A stretch of DNA of 64,000 nt, from the IMG/VR virus record IMGVR_UViG_3300022868_000009, positions 124,001 through 188,000 of that record, one strand, 5' to 3'. Below the pieces are notes generated by a model. It saw only the letters and a list, made by a program, of their open reading frames with translations, was not told the origin of the DNA and ran no database searches. Position 1 is the first letter of the stretch. Each line of letters begins with the position of its first letter. This document shows positions 1 to 10,668 of the stretch, one piece after another. The position numbers were made by a program, and so were the translations under genes.

Positions 1-400
1 CTTCCGTAGTTAATTTATATCTACCACCACATTTAGAACAACCATGTCCACTTAGATGATTTGAAGGTGTTTGCCAAAATTCACCATGTTTAAGACATAT
101 TATTCTCACTTTAGTTTTACTATTTACATAATTAACAAAACTATAATCATATTTATCATCATGAACTATATTTGATTTATTAATAAATGATTCTGTATCA
201 TCTTTCATATTATTAGTTGCACAAACAGGACAACCTTGTCCTTCTAAATGTTTAGAAGGACTTTGCCAAAATTCACCATGTTCAAAACATATTATTCTCA
301 CTTTAGTTTTACTATTTACATAATTAACAAAACTATAATCATATTTATCATCATGAACTATATTTGATTTATTAATAAATTCAATTAATTTAATTTTCAT
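1..400 (-). CDS. Partial homing-endonuclease-like protein with tandem zinc-binding repeats (runs off window start)
   Basis: ATG at 400; repeats of FINKSNIVHDDKYDYSFVNYVNSKTKVRIICxxHGEFWQTPSxHLxGxGCxxC, the same repeat type as 36758..37681; about 189-bp DNA repeat period. Confidence 0.75.
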   Translation of the reverse strand, partial: MKIKLIEFINKSNIVHDDKYDYSFVNYVNSKTKVRIICFEHGEFWQSPSKHLEGQGCPVCATNNMKDDTESFINKSNIVHDDKYDYSFVNYVNSKTKVRIICLKHGEFWQTPSNHLSGHGCSKCGGRYKLTTE

Positions 401-506
401 AATCTTATATATCTATTGTATAGTGTCCTCCTAAACCAGTGAAGTATTGTATAATCAACACTTTTTCAATTTTTATTATTAATATATAAAAAGAAAACAT
501 AAAATT

Positions 507-1739
507 ATGAAACAACAAAAAAATGTAAAAGGTATAATGTCATCAAACAGCTTGACTAATTATCCATACTATAGAATAGATGGTGGGTCAATGAGTGGTG
601 AAACATATCTTTTAACATATACACACGCAACAGGTTCTACAATAGGTAGTACTGCTATTGTATCTTATCCAACAGGGGTAACTTCAAGTGCAACTGTAGT
701 AAATGATGGTGATACTGCAACAGTTACTACTGATACTTACTTATTAGTGAAATTAGTGCCTGGTCAAACAGCTACGATCAACGGATATGTAGTTGCAAAT
801 ATTGGTGGTGACTTCTATTTTAATGGAACAAAATATGATATCGGAGACACATTTGATTATGATGGATTAACATTCACATTCATTGGATTTGGTAGCTTCT
901 TATTAGGAGTTGTTGATACAGATTCTTCAGCAGTAACTAGCTTTACAATGGTACCTTCATCAGCTGCAACACATACAGTAGGTGACTCTATAACATTAGT
1001 AATGTATGACCAAAATAGTGTTGATATAACAGGATTAATTGCACTTTCAGGTGATACAACAACATCAACTTATACTGATTCTTGGACACCAACAACAGGT
1101 GAACTAGTATTATCCAATGTAACTGGTAATACTGTATCTATTTATTTCTATTATATAACAGATGCTACTATCAATGATAAATACGTGATCAATTTTATTG
1201 ATCCTGTAGTATCAAGTATGACACTTGTACCAACAAGTGGATCTTATGAATCAGGTACAACTGAAACACTAGTATTTACAAATCAATCTGGTATTGATAT
1301 AACTACAAATGTTTCTCTATCAAGTGATACATATTCTTCTGCATATGTAACTGACTTCTCAGCTTCAACAGGAGCTATTTATTTCGGAGACAAGTTCGGT
1401 ATTGATGTACCATTAACATTCTATTACAATGGTGATGATTCATTAACTAGCACATTCACAGCAGGTATATCTGGATTAACAAGTATTACAGTTACTCCGA
1501 CTGGTGGAACTTCACATGTAACTGGAACAACGACAGTATTAGCATTCACCGACCAAAACGGTAACGCAGTAGATTCATTAGATATTACTTTATCTGGTGA
1601 TACATCAGCATATGGTGTTTACGTACCTTCAACTAGTACAATTAGATACGATAAAGAAGGTGTGATGATAGACTTTGTATTCTACCACAACTCTGATGAT
1701 ACAATAACTAGTACATACACAGTAGATATCTTTTTTTAA
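507..1739 (+). CDS. Thr/Ser-rich beta-sandwich (Ig-like repeat) virion structural or decoration protein
   Basis: Three roughly 90-aa repeats (vTSxTxxP..G...T.xLxFxDQxGxD...LSGDT); composition like the sheath insertion domain. Confidence 0.55.
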   Translation: MKQQKNVKGIMSSNSLTNYPYYRIDGGSMSGETYLLTYTHATGSTIGSTAIVSYPTGVTSSATVVNDGDTATVTTDTYLLVKLVPGQTATINGYVVANIGGDFYFNGTKYDIGDTFDYDGLTFTFIGFGSFLLGVVDTDSSAVTSFTMVPSSAATHTVGDSITLVMYDQNSVDITGLIALSGDTTTSTYTDSWTPTTGELVLSNVTGNTVSIYFYYITDATINDKYVINFIDPVVSSMTLVPTSGSYESGTTETLVFTNQSGIDITTNVSLSSDTYSSAYVTDFSASTGAIYFGDKFGIDVPLTFYYNGDDSLTSTFTAGISGLTSITVTPTGGTSHVTGTTTVLAFTDQNGNAVDSLDITLSGDTSAYGVYVPSTSTIRYDKEGVMIDFVFYHNSDDTITSTYTVDIFF

Positions 1740-1797
1740 TACGGCTTCGCCTCCCTCAGTTATAACTAACAGTTAATCACATTCTTTAATATTTTAG

Positions 1798-1826
1798 AAA
1801 ATCCCATCAATTTGATGGGATTTTTT
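1798..1826 (+). terminator. Intrinsic terminator
   Basis: aaaatcccatcaa-t-ttgatgggatttttt hairpin plus U tract. Confidence 0.8.
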
Positions 1827-1839
1827 AATATATACAATT

Positions 1840-2253
1840 ATGATAACAAAATTTAAAATATACGAAAAAGTGAATTTAAAAGATATTGAAGTCAAAATCA
1901 CGAATATTAATCAAAAACTAATAGATATTCTCATATCAGATTTATCATTAGTTGTGAAGAAAAAAAAGAAAAAATCAATTAGACCAGAATCTATTACAGG
2001 GTACTTTAAAAAAGAAGAAGGTACTGGAAAAGATTTAAAAATAAAAACAAAATTAATAATATTAATGTCAAATACTGATCTTATTGAAGCAACACATTCA
2101 ATAGAAGGAAACGAAAATAATATTAATATTGAAGTAAATGAAGTTTCACATTATAATTTAAACAACCAAATATACACCGATGATATTCTTATAGAAAAAA
2201 TATCAGAATATTATAAAGAACATTTAAAATTAAAGAATTGGAAATTAAAATGA
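1840..2253 (+). CDS. Hypothetical protein, capsid-targeting-like N-terminus
   Basis: MITKFKIYE start; preceded by TAATATATA. Confidence 0.6.
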   Translation: MITKFKIYEKVNLKDIEVKITNINQKLIDILISDLSLVVKKKKKKSIRPESITGYFKKEEGTGKDLKIKTKLIILMSNTDLIEATHSIEGNENNINIEVNEVSHYNLNNQIYTDDILIEKISEYYKEHLKLKNWKLK

Positions 2254-2657
2254 AATACTTAAAACAATACGAAAAAAACACAATTAAAAAAGTTTATACC
2301 AGTAAACTAGAAGATAAAGATATTTATATTTTTAATTATAATTCAGATTTAATAAATGGTATAACATGTGAACAGTGTTTTATAAAATGGTCTTCAGATA
2401 TCATAGAAAATGATGAAGGAATAGAAAAAATTAATGTGAAAATAGAAAATGTTGAATTAAAATTAGATGTTGATAAATTTACACATTTAGATGTTGAAAA
2501 CTTTGAAACCAAAAATGAAATAGAAAATCACATTATCACCAAAAAGAAAGAAATAAAATTTGAATTCGAATATGAAAATATGATTTCATTTCCTTTAAAA
2601 CCAAAAGGATTAGAAATAGATTATAGAAATATGACTGTTTTAGTAGAATTTGATTAA
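2238..2657 (+). CDS. Hypothetical protein, capsid-targeting-like N-terminus (probable start 2250, MKYLKQYE)
   Basis: ATGA overlap with the previous stop codon; motif match. Confidence 0.6.
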   Translation: MEIKMKYLKQYEKNTIKKVYTSKLEDKDIYIFNYNSDLINGITCEQCFIKWSSDIIENDEGIEKINVKIENVELKLDVDKFTHLDVENFETKNEIENHIITKKKEIKFEFEYENMISFPLKPKGLEIDYRNMTVLVEFD

Positions 2658-3088
2658 CTAACCCAATCAGCAATCGAATGACTCATAGCACCCATTTCTA
2701 AACCAATCAAAGAAGTTATAATATAAAACTTAAATTGTATTATCAAAAATAATACAGGAATTTTAAAGAAAAATACTATTAATATTGGTATAATCAATAT
2801 CCATATTAATCTTATTAATGTACCAATTAAAAATCCATGTGTATATTTAGATCTATGTTTAAATATTCGTTGATATGGTATCCAAATAAATCTTAAAAAG
2901 CCCCATCTTGTATAAGGTTTGCTATGTATATCTAAATCACCATTAAACATATAACCAGCAAAAAGATAAAATAATAACCATATTATTGAATATATTATTG
3001 GTACAAACATTAAACTTGTACAAAAAATAATGATAGAGGTCATAAAAGTAATACTATCATGAGATTTTGAATTTGGCATCTTCTTCAT
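2654..3088 (-). CDS. DUF2227-like metal-binding membrane protein
   Basis: MPxxxxHD, GDLD, RWG, HRSxxTHG and HxxAD motifs; hydrophobic helices. Confidence 0.7.
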   Translation of the reverse strand: MKKMPNSKSHDSITFMTSIIIFCTSLMFVPIIYSIIWLLFYLFAGYMFNGDLDIHSKPYTRWGFLRFIWIPYQRIFKHRSKYTHGFLIGTLIRLIWILIIPILIVFFFKIPVLFLIIQFKFYIITSLIGLEMGAMSHSIADWVS

Positions 3089-3311
3089 TATTTAATTTTA
3101 TATCAAATAAATCTCTAATAACAGGTTCTGTAATTAAAAGATATATTTTATTATAATTTAATGTACTTGGAAATCTTTCTTCAACTTTAAGAAGATTTTC
3201 TTCAGTTGCATTTGTAAAAAATTCACTTAAATCAAGTGTTGATAATGGAACATTATTCATTTCATTCATAAAATCTAATGTATCGAAATACTTTTCTCTT
3301 TCTATTTTCAT
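3057..3311 (-). CDS. Hypothetical protein
   Basis: ORF in tightly packed operon. Confidence 0.6.
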   Translation of the reverse strand: MKIEREKYFDTLDFMNEMNNVPLSTLDLSEFFTNATEENLLKVEERFPSTLNYNKIYLLITEPVIRDLFDIKLNNEEDAKFKIS

Positions 3312-3562
3312 TTTGTATAATTTAATTTTTCAATTTTAATGACGTATATTTCTTCACCCAATTCTCTTTTTTCTCTTTCTTCAGCATTATTAATAGCAAA
3401 TTTTAAAGTTTTTCCATCTTCAGATGATATTATTTGTGTAGGTTTTAACTTTTCATCTTTAAATATTTTTTGAAGTTTTTCTGTTATCTCATAATGAAAA
3501 TCTTCAAATTCCTGCTCTATCACAGAAAAATCTTTTTCTCTAACATAATTAATTTTTTTCAT
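3308..3562 (-). CDS. Hypothetical protein
   Basis: ORF in tightly packed operon. Confidence 0.6.
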   Translation of the reverse strand: MKKINYVREKDFSVIEQEFEDFHYEITEKLQKIFKDEKLKPTQIISSEDGKTLKFAINNAEEREKRELGEEIYVIKIEKLNYTK

Positions 3563-3580
3563 TCGTTTTTTCTTATTTTT

Positions 3581-4636
3581 TTAAAATCCCCAATCATCAA
3601 AGTTTTCAAACTCATCTTTATTTTTTTGAATTGTCTGTTGTATTGAACCACTAAATAAACTATTTAATACCGATAATCTTTTATTAATATCTGGTAAACC
3701 TACTGGTTCTAAAAACCTATTAGCAATTGCCAAAAATGTTTTTTCAAATTGAGTATCATAATCTATCAATACTCTTTCTTTTTCAGTTATTTCATACGGA
3801 TGAAAACTTCTCATATAAGCAAACCTCTCTCCAAGAGTATGGTTACAAAAATACCATTTAACTCGACCACCTTTTAACAAATCATATTTAGTTTTAAACT
3901 CGCTATTTTTATTTAAAAGAAAATTATGTAAAGCGGCGGCTTTAACTGAAAAATGAGCACCTTTAACACAATTAACACCAATTTGATCATCAACTACTTT
4001 ATCTCTATAATTTGATAAAGAAGTCGTCATACTAATATCTTCAATATCAGAGGCTTTAAATTGATTTTTAAGATCTTTCATAATTTTTAAAACCTCACGT
4101 ATATTTAACGTATCAGGATTTTTAAATAAATAATTAATAAATTCCCAAACACCACCTTTCTGCTTTTGACCTCTAACAAATATTGGTGTTGAAGACCTTA
4201 CAATATCTACACCTTTTGGAAAAAAATGTTCCATATCTTCATAAAAAATACCATCTTCCCAAACCACATTATTAATATAATGTTTCTTTTCAAGATGCAT
4301 GGCAGATTTATTAACAGTTTCTAATTCAAAATCATGAATATTTTTAACACCATACTTTTTAGCATATTGGTCTAAATATTTAACAAATGTGTCTTTTACA
4401 TACAATCTATCAAGGGTTAATATAAATTCAAGAGGATCACCTTCATAATCACAAGAGTCCATTATTGGTTGAAACGACAAATATAAACTATTATGAACTA
4501 ATAAATTATTAGCAATAAAGGTGTGAGTTTCATCATCAACTTCTATATCATAAACATATTCTTCTTCTCCAAAATTACCTACACATTCAATTTCTGAAAT
4601 TTCAACCAATTCATAATTATAACATATATTTTCCAT
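3581..4636 (-). CDS. Family B DNA polymerase C-terminal fragment fused to C-intein (49 aa, 4490..4636)
   Basis: YVYDIEV...FIANNLLVHN/SLY intein C-terminus, then KKHY and KGVDIVRSSTP PolB motifs. Confidence 0.9.
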   Translation of the reverse strand: MENICYNYELVEISEIECVGNFGEEEYVYDIEVDDETHTFIANNLLVHNSLYLSFQPIMDSCDYEGDPLEFILTLDRLYVKDTFVKYLDQYAKKYGVKNIHDFELETVNKSAMHLEKKHYINNVVWEDGIFYEDMEHFFPKGVDIVRSSTPIFVRGQKQKGGVWEFINYLFKNPDTLNIREVLKIMKDLKNQFKASDIEDISMTTSLSNYRDKVVDDQIGVNCVKGAHFSVKAAALHNFLLNKNSEFKTKYDLLKGGRVKWYFCNHTLGERFAYMRSFHPYEITEKERVLIDYDTQFEKTFLAIANRFLEPVGLPDINKRLSVLNSLFSGSIQQTIQKNKDEFENFDDWGF

Positions 4637-5789
4637 ATATTTCTTTTATTAATTTTTTAATACTCGGCAAATCACTTTCCCAAATAACAATGATATCTAT
4701 ATCATGATCCTTTTTTAGAAGTGATAATTTTTCTTCATCTTTTTTCCATATATCAGATGATAATTCATTACTAAACGGATTAGGTTTATCATCATGTTTA
4801 AATTTTTTAGGATTAGCATGAAAAACATCACCATTATATTCTATACCTAAATTTAATTCTTTTATATAATAATCTATAAAAACATATCGACCAGTAGATA
4901 ACATCTTACCATATTCTTTATTATTACATTTTTCATAAAAATATGTTTTAAAATCTTTTGATATTTCTTTATCTAATTTCCACAAATAATCCTGTGAAGA
5001 TTTTGATGCTGGATAATTCCTTATCTTAGAATAAAATTGTTGTAATTTAATTAAAGCGTCATTTTTACCGTATATTCTTATATAATTAGATAAATTGTGT
5101 GCTTTTTGTTTACACAATTCATCCCATTTTAATTTACCATGTTTTAACACATAATATTCTTTACTTTTTGTTTCAATTTGTTTTTTAACATAATTTTCAT
5201 ATTTTATTTTACCGAATTTTTTGCCATGTTTTTTTATCAAATTTTCTAATGTAACAGATCTTGATTTATTATAATTATCAAAATCATCTTTATTCCAACC
5301 ATGTTTTTCTTTTTTATATTCAAATAAATTTGATTTTCGTTGTTTATCACAATAGATTTCCCATCTTTCAACTCCTTCATTTACACCATATTTTAAAATA
5401 TAATTTTCCTTTGTTCTAACGTAGTTTAAATTCTTCCATATTTCAGATTCTTTTTCTGGTATATTAAATGCATATGTTGTTATCTTATTTACCATGTTAA
5501 ATATTCTAGCCCTATTCTTATTTTTATACTCAGGATATTTTTCTATCAAACAATCTTCACAAACACTTAAATTATAAATTTTACCATTCACCGATTTAAA
5601 TGTTTTATAAGATTTGCCTTTGTATCCAAATTTTCTTACAGTAAATACAGAATTATAATAAAATATTGGACCATTACAAATTAAACACTTAACAGAATTT
5701 TTATCATAAAAATCTTGAATTTCCTCATAATCATCTTTATTGATATTAAATTTAAATTTTTGTAATTTATTTTTCATATGGTGACACAT
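4617..5789 (-). CDS. Free-standing endonuclease (Vsr/PD-(D/E)XK-like C-terminal domain) between split-intein halves
   Basis: CxxC, KYG/KHG repeats, FIDYY..IEYNGDVFHANP..IVIWES. Confidence 0.8.
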   Translation of the reverse strand: MCHHMKNKLQKFKFNINKDDYEEIQDFYDKNSVKCLICNGPIFYYNSVFTVRKFGYKGKSYKTFKSVNGKIYNLSVCEDCLIEKYPEYKNKNRARIFNMVNKITTYAFNIPEKESEIWKNLNYVRTKENYILKYGVNEGVERWEIYCDKQRKSNLFEYKKEKHGWNKDDFDNYNKSRSVTLENLIKKHGKKFGKIKYENYVKKQIETKSKEYYVLKHGKLKWDELCKQKAHNLSNYIRIYGKNDALIKLQQFYSKIRNYPASKSSQDYLWKLDKEISKDFKTYFYEKCNNKEYGKMLSTGRYVFIDYYIKELNLGIEYNGDVFHANPKKFKHDDKPNPFSNELSSDIWKKDEEKLSLLKKDHDIDIIVIWESDLPSIKKLIKEIYGKYML

Positions 5790-6780
5790 CTTTATCTCTA
5801 TATATCCTTAAAATTTTATCAGTTATTTTCATTTCAGAAGGTTTTACTTCAAATTGTTCACCGTCTCTAAAAACTATCATAGAATGATCATTTGTTACGA
5901 AAATTTCCTCACCTGTTTTTATTTTAATTTTCCATTTTTGTTTAATAACCTTATGTCTTATAACTCTTTTTACTGGTGCATAATATAGCTTTTTTTCAGA
6001 ACACCAATTTAAGATTTTTTCACCAGTTTTAACACTCTCATGTCCCTTCAACGTACTCTCACCCACATTTAATGTATTTTCGTTGTAAAATTCTTCTATT
6101 GTCTTTTCACCATTATTTGTGATAATTACACTATCCTTGTCAACCGAATCCGTATCACCATAAACACACAATTCATCTTTATGAAATTTCGTACTATAAG
6201 TTTCTTTATCATCTTTTGTCATTTCTGTAAAACCTGGCATTTCTTCTCTTTCAGAAATCACAGAACCATCAATTTGTTCAACATTATCTACAAAATTATG
6301 AAGATGTCTCTTATATTTAATATTATAAATTTTATCTTCAATTTTAATAGAATCTTTGTGTTCTTCTAATTTATCAATATCAACATTCCATTCTATTAGT
6401 AAATCATGTAAAGTATTATTACCCCTTCCAATTATTCTATTTCTATTATTCATCATATACCAAACATCACTATCATCAGTTACAATATACGTAAATTCTA
6501 ATAACTTATGAACTTCAATATCATGATACCATTCTTCATAAAAATATTTTTCTATTTTATTTAACATAAATAAAATTACATCTCTACCATGTGCTGTAAT
6601 AGCATTTGCAATATCTTTATTAGATACTACAAATTTAGGGTGAGCAAAAGCACCATAAGTTCCGTTAATCACTAATTTTAGTGCCAATTGCATTGCTTTA
6701 TTGTAGTTATATTCTGATTCTACTTTTGCGATTTTCTTTTTAAGATTCTCGATTTTTTTCTTTTTCTCGGCGAACGTCAT
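5767..6780 (-). CDS. Family B DNA polymerase middle fragment (motif B to YGDTD) fused to N-intein (126 aa, 5770..6147)
   Basis: KLVINGTYGAF (motif B), YGDTD/SVDKDS intein start, VTNDH block B. Confidence 0.9.
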   Translation of the reverse strand: MTFAEKKKKIENLKKKIAKVESEYNYNKAMQLALKLVINGTYGAFAHPKFVVSNKDIANAITAHGRDVILFMLNKIEKYFYEEWYHDIEVHKLLEFTYIVTDDSDVWYMMNNRNRIIGRGNNTLHDLLIEWNVDIDKLEEHKDSIKIEDKIYNIKYKRHLHNFVDNVEQIDGSVISEREEMPGFTEMTKDDKETYSTKFHKDELCVYGDTDSVDKDSVIITNNGEKTIEEFYNENTLNVGESTLKGHESVKTGEKILNWCSEKKLYYAPVKRVIRHKVIKQKWKIKIKTGEEIFVTNDHSMIVFRDGEQFEVKPSEMKITDKILRIYRDKDVSPYEK

Positions 6781-6816
6781 ATTATTAGATAATTTTTAAT
6801 TTTAAAAATAAATACA

Positions 6817-8418
6817 TTAAAAGTTTAATGAATATTTTATATTACCACTGTTATATATTCTATAAATACCTCTTTCTAACATTATTTCGTGTTCACTTTT
6901 ATTAGGATCATAACCTTCTCTAACTAAAACATCTTTTCTAAAATTATACCTATATAATCGTTTTAAATTTTTACCATCAAAATAATGATAATTCGGTTTT
7001 GTGTTATGAACGAATTTAAATTCCAATTTTTCATATAGATTTCCTTTACTCCAGCTTCTATCAGCATAAGTAATTATTTCACCCGGATTATAATTTCTGA
7101 TAAAATATTTAAATAATTTTGATGCACCACCAACAACATTAATATTTAATTTGTTACAAAACCTTAACAATTCATACTCTCCTTCTATACTTTTAGACCC
7201 CATTAATTTTCTTTTTTTACCAAAGGTCATTAGAGATACTAATTCATCTTCATAATAAAGACCTATTTTAACAAAAGAACCAACAAAACCTTGAAGATGA
7301 TTATCATTTAAAAAATTTCTAATCAATTTATTATCTATTATCTCTTTAATTATAGTTTTTCTAGCATATATTTTATCAGACTTTCCAATCATATTTAATA
7401 TTCTAGACTTGACAATTTCTTTTTGGTTAAACCATTCATCTTCCCAAATATGTATTAATTGAACACCTTTTTTTAAACAATTGTTTGTTTTATTTAAATG
7501 ATAATCCTTATCCTTATAAAGTTCTGAATGCCAATACAAACCATTAAATTCAAAAGCTAGATTTAAATCTGGTAAATAAATATCTAATTCTTTTCCATCC
7601 AAGATCTCTTTATCACTTGTTATTATTTCATAATTATAGTTTTCTTTAATAAAATTCACGATTTCTAATTCTTTACCTGAAATCTTATAATCTAATGTAT
7701 TACAAACTGTGCATAATATTGTTTTTTGTATTTTATATCTTTGATATAAATTTTTGCTATTAATATTAAAATAATGATCTTTACCACAATCACATTTAAC
7801 ATCTATCGTTCGATCAGTATTTAAAATATAATCTGTTATATTATATTCCGATAATTTAAATAATATATCTTTTTCCCACCTTTTATATGTTAACAAATAA
7901 TATGATTCTGTTTGTGTATACCATTCTTTTCCATATTTTTCAAGATTAGTTTTCTTTATTTTCTCTCTAATTTCATATGAAGAAAGTATCTCTTCCACGC
8001 CATATTTTTCAAGATTTGTTTTTTTAATTTTTTCTTTGACATCTTTATCTAATAATGTACAAGTAACGCCATATTTCTTGAGGTTTGTTTGTTTTGTTTT
8101 ATCTTTTATTTCTTTTATGTGTTGTGGATTTTCAACGCCATATTTTTCTAACATTGTATTTTTTCTTTTAATAGAAGAACATTTTTTACAACTATAAAAA
8201 CCTTGTCTTTTTTTATTTTCTAAATATTTATGATATCTTAGTTGTTTTTCATCTGAACATATCTCACAAACAGCAATTACTTTAACATGTGAATTTTGTG
8301 GCAAATCATTAACATCAATGTCCAATGTTTCACCATTATTACAAACATAATTTTTAGATCTATAATATGTTACATTACGATATGTTATATTAACATCAAT
8401 TCTACTATTTTTAATCAT
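6817..8418 (-). CDS. Putative homing endonuclease (KYG repeats plus Vsr-like domain)
   Basis: TNLEKYG repeats, ELDIYLPDLNLAFEFNGLYWHSE, IHIWEDEW; paralog of 57954..59675. Confidence 0.75.
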   Translation of the reverse strand: MIKNSRIDVNITYRNVTYYRSKNYVCNNGETLDIDVNDLPQNSHVKVIAVCEICSDEKQLRYHKYLENKKRQGFYSCKKCSSIKRKNTMLEKYGVENPQHIKEIKDKTKQTNLKKYGVTCTLLDKDVKEKIKKTNLEKYGVEEILSSYEIREKIKKTNLEKYGKEWYTQTESYYLLTYKRWEKDILFKLSEYNITDYILNTDRTIDVKCDCGKDHYFNINSKNLYQRYKIQKTILCTVCNTLDYKISGKELEIVNFIKENYNYEIITSDKEILDGKELDIYLPDLNLAFEFNGLYWHSELYKDKDYHLNKTNNCLKKGVQLIHIWEDEWFNQKEIVKSRILNMIGKSDKIYARKTIIKEIIDNKLIRNFLNDNHLQGFVGSFVKIGLYYEDELVSLMTFGKKRKLMGSKSIEGEYELLRFCNKLNINVVGGASKLFKYFIRNYNPGEIITYADRSWSKGNLYEKLEFKFVHNTKPNYHYFDGKNLKRLYRYNFRKDVLVREGYDPNKSEHEIMLERGIYRIYNSGNIKYSLNF

Positions 8419-8522
8419 TTTACAAAAGTCCCATTTTTACCATTGCTTATTATATATTAAAAAACACAAGTGAAAAATAAATTTATATATATAATAATGA
8501 ATAAAAATCATTTAGTTTAAAA

Positions 8523-9356
8523 ATGCCTTATAGAGACGAATTATCAGTTAAAAGAGAAATAGTTATGTCAATCAATAATATGATTGATAAATATGTTAAT
8601 CAAGGGATTAGTTTCACTGATCTTAGCAAACATTTAAGGAAAGATTCTGCTCTAACAAATTTAATGAATGATTTAAAAGGTAAAAACTCAAATTTAAGAA
8701 ATCCTGGTATTGAATTCTTTAATTCTAATCTAGAATACAAAAATAAAGTTAGACAGTATCTGAACGAAGTTATTAAAGATAGAATAGCTTTTGAAAAAGA
8801 TAAAAGCATTCAAAATTTTGAGTCTTTCACTAAAAATGAACCAAATGATATTATGAAACCTAAAAATTTTAAAGATTATTTACATATAAATGAAATTAAA
8901 CTTCCTGTAATGAGATTAGATGAAATACTTGATGATATTGGTAACGCAGGAAATACACATAAAAAAGTTATAGCAACATTTTTCAAAACCTACGTTGACT
9001 ATATAGATCTTGTTGATAACAAGAAACATCATTTTAAAATCAATGATATGTCAGGTGATATAATGGGTAATAATAGAGTGACATTTGATGCTATTATTTT
9101 TAAAAATAATGAAATACAATCAATAGAAAATAATATTATAAAATACGCTTTAGGTGAATTCTACTCACAAATTCCAGACACATTAAATATATTTGATATT
9201 CAATTAAAACCTATGTCTTTTATTAATAAAACTGATTTGATGGAAGTATTTAAAAATATGTTAACATTCGAACAAACTATTAATATTATTACTAATATTA
9301 CTGGTTTTAATTATGATGGTGAAATGGGTGATTTTTTTATTTGGAGTAAAAAATAA
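8523..9356 (+). CDS. Hypothetical protein
   Basis: Long ORF with internal KNFKDYLHINE motif. Confidence 0.6.
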   Translation: MPYRDELSVKREIVMSINNMIDKYVNQGISFTDLSKHLRKDSALTNLMNDLKGKNSNLRNPGIEFFNSNLEYKNKVRQYLNEVIKDRIAFEKDKSIQNFESFTKNEPNDIMKPKNFKDYLHINEIKLPVMRLDEILDDIGNAGNTHKKVIATFFKTYVDYIDLVDNKKHHFKINDMSGDIMGNNRVTFDAIIFKNNEIQSIENNIIKYALGEFYSQIPDTLNIFDIQLKPMSFINKTDLMEVFKNMLTFEQTINIITNITGFNYDGEMGDFFIWSKK

Positions 9357-9357
9357 A

Positions 9358-9696
9358 TTATAAAACAAACTCTTTCCAAATCTCTTCTCTTGGTGGTAAC
9401 ACAATTTTATCAATATGTGCAATTATATCTGGAAAATATTTATATTTATAAATATCAGTAATTTTATATTTTTCTAAAAAATCATCTTGAATAACAAATC
9501 TATAATCACCTTTTTTATTAAACCAATATATAATTTCATATAATTCGTTTCGTAAATTCAAAGATAATATAACTCCGACGCCATTTTCCATTGGGCCTAT
9601 CCAATCTGTAACACTAAAAGAAATATTATTCATTATAGAATATCTTTTTTTAATATATATAGTTACATTATAAATCAAAATGAAGAAAAATGGCAT
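9358..9696 (-). CDS. Hypothetical protein (probable start near 9633)
   Basis: ORF; the upstream extension overlaps a promoter motif. Confidence 0.55.
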   Translation of the reverse strand: MPFFFILIYNVTIYIKKRYSIMNNISFSVTDWIGPMENGVGVILSLNLRNELYEIIYWFNKKGDYRFVIQDDFLEKYKITDIYKYKYFPDIIAHIDKIVLPPREEIWKEFVL

Positions 9697-10067
9697 ATAA
9701 ACCTGTACAAGATTTTAAAGATATCTATATTAGATATAAAGGACACCCAAGTTATAATTCAAAAAAAATTATACAAGATGACTTAGTTGAAGTTATAGTC
9801 CAAAAATTAGAAATGATTTTATTCACAAACAAAGGTGAAGTTATGGGAGATCCAGACATGGGTTGTGATCTTGAATATTATTTATGGGAAACAAATCTAT
9901 CAAACACAAATTTAGAACAAAAAGTTAATGAACAAATTGCAGAATATGTACCAGAATTAGAAGTTATAGGATATGAATTTAATTTAGAATTAGAAGAAGG
10001 TGCAGTGCAAGATATATTGTATCTAAATTTTAAAATAAGAGGTTATAATGTAACATATATAATATAA
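9690..10067 (+). CDS. Baseplate wedge gp25-like protein
   Basis: LFTNKGEVMGDPDMGCDLEYYLWE...EQIAEYVP, matching the gp25/GPW pattern. Confidence 0.75.
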   Translation: MAYKPVQDFKDIYIRYKGHPSYNSKKIIQDDLVEVIVQKLEMILFTNKGEVMGDPDMGCDLEYYLWETNLSNTNLEQKVNEQIAEYVPELEVIGYEFNLELEEGAVQDILYLNFKIRGYNVTYII

Positions 10068-10076
10068 TAAAATTTT

Positions 10077-10601
10077 ATGGCTGGAAAAAAAACTACACTA
10101 GGTGATCGAGTATTCACTACTGAAAGAGTTAAAGAAATTGAAGAAAAAGAAAATTTAGGACAACTTTTAAAACAACACGAAAAAATATGGTTTAAGAATA
10201 ATCCAGGAGTTAGAAAATCAAATGTAACATTTGCTATGACTAATGAAGAAATTAGTGAATATGCAAAATGTAAACTCTCTGTACATTACTTCGCAGAAAA
10301 ATATTGTAAAATTAAATTAGAAGACAGTACAATAGGTTCAATGAAACTTAGAGACTATCAAAAAAAGATAATTGATTTATACACTAGAAACAGATTCTCT
10401 ATTTTAATGGCCAGTAGACAAACTGGTAAGTGCAATTCTTTTAATACTAAAATATTAATTTTAAATGAAGAAACAAAAGATATATATTCTATCCCTTTTT
10501 ACGAACTTTATTATGATATTATTAGTCAACAAAGAAAATTGTCATTCTTAGAGAAAACAAAAATATATTTATATAGATTATATAATAAAATTGATAATTA
10601 A
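10077..10601 (+). CDS. Terminase large subunit N-terminal fragment plus short N-intein (56 aa from Cys at 10431)
   Basis: YFAEKYCKI, LRDYQ, ASRQTGK/CNSFNTKI; Walker A interrupted. Confidence 0.9.
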   Translation: MAGKKTTLGDRVFTTERVKEIEEKENLGQLLKQHEKIWFKNNPGVRKSNVTFAMTNEEISEYAKCKLSVHYFAEKYCKIKLEDSTIGSMKLRDYQKKIIDLYTRNRFSILMASRQTGKCNSFNTKILILNEETKDIYSIPFYELYYDIISQQRKLSFLEKTKIYLYRLYNKIDN

Positions 10602-10668
10602 TCACATTACCGATTTGTCTAAAAGCCATTAAAATTTATCTATATATAAATGAAAACAATATATAACA

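Noticed and set aside
60-380. Direct repeats as a CRISPR array
   Set aside because: They are in-frame coding repeats of an endonuclease zinc-binding module, with no repeat-spacer structure.
4617-5789. Group I intron carrying the endonuclease inside polB or terL
   Set aside because: The ORFs overlap or nearly abut, leaving no room for a ribozyme core, and no P/Q/R/S motifs were seen. A protein-level split intein fits better.
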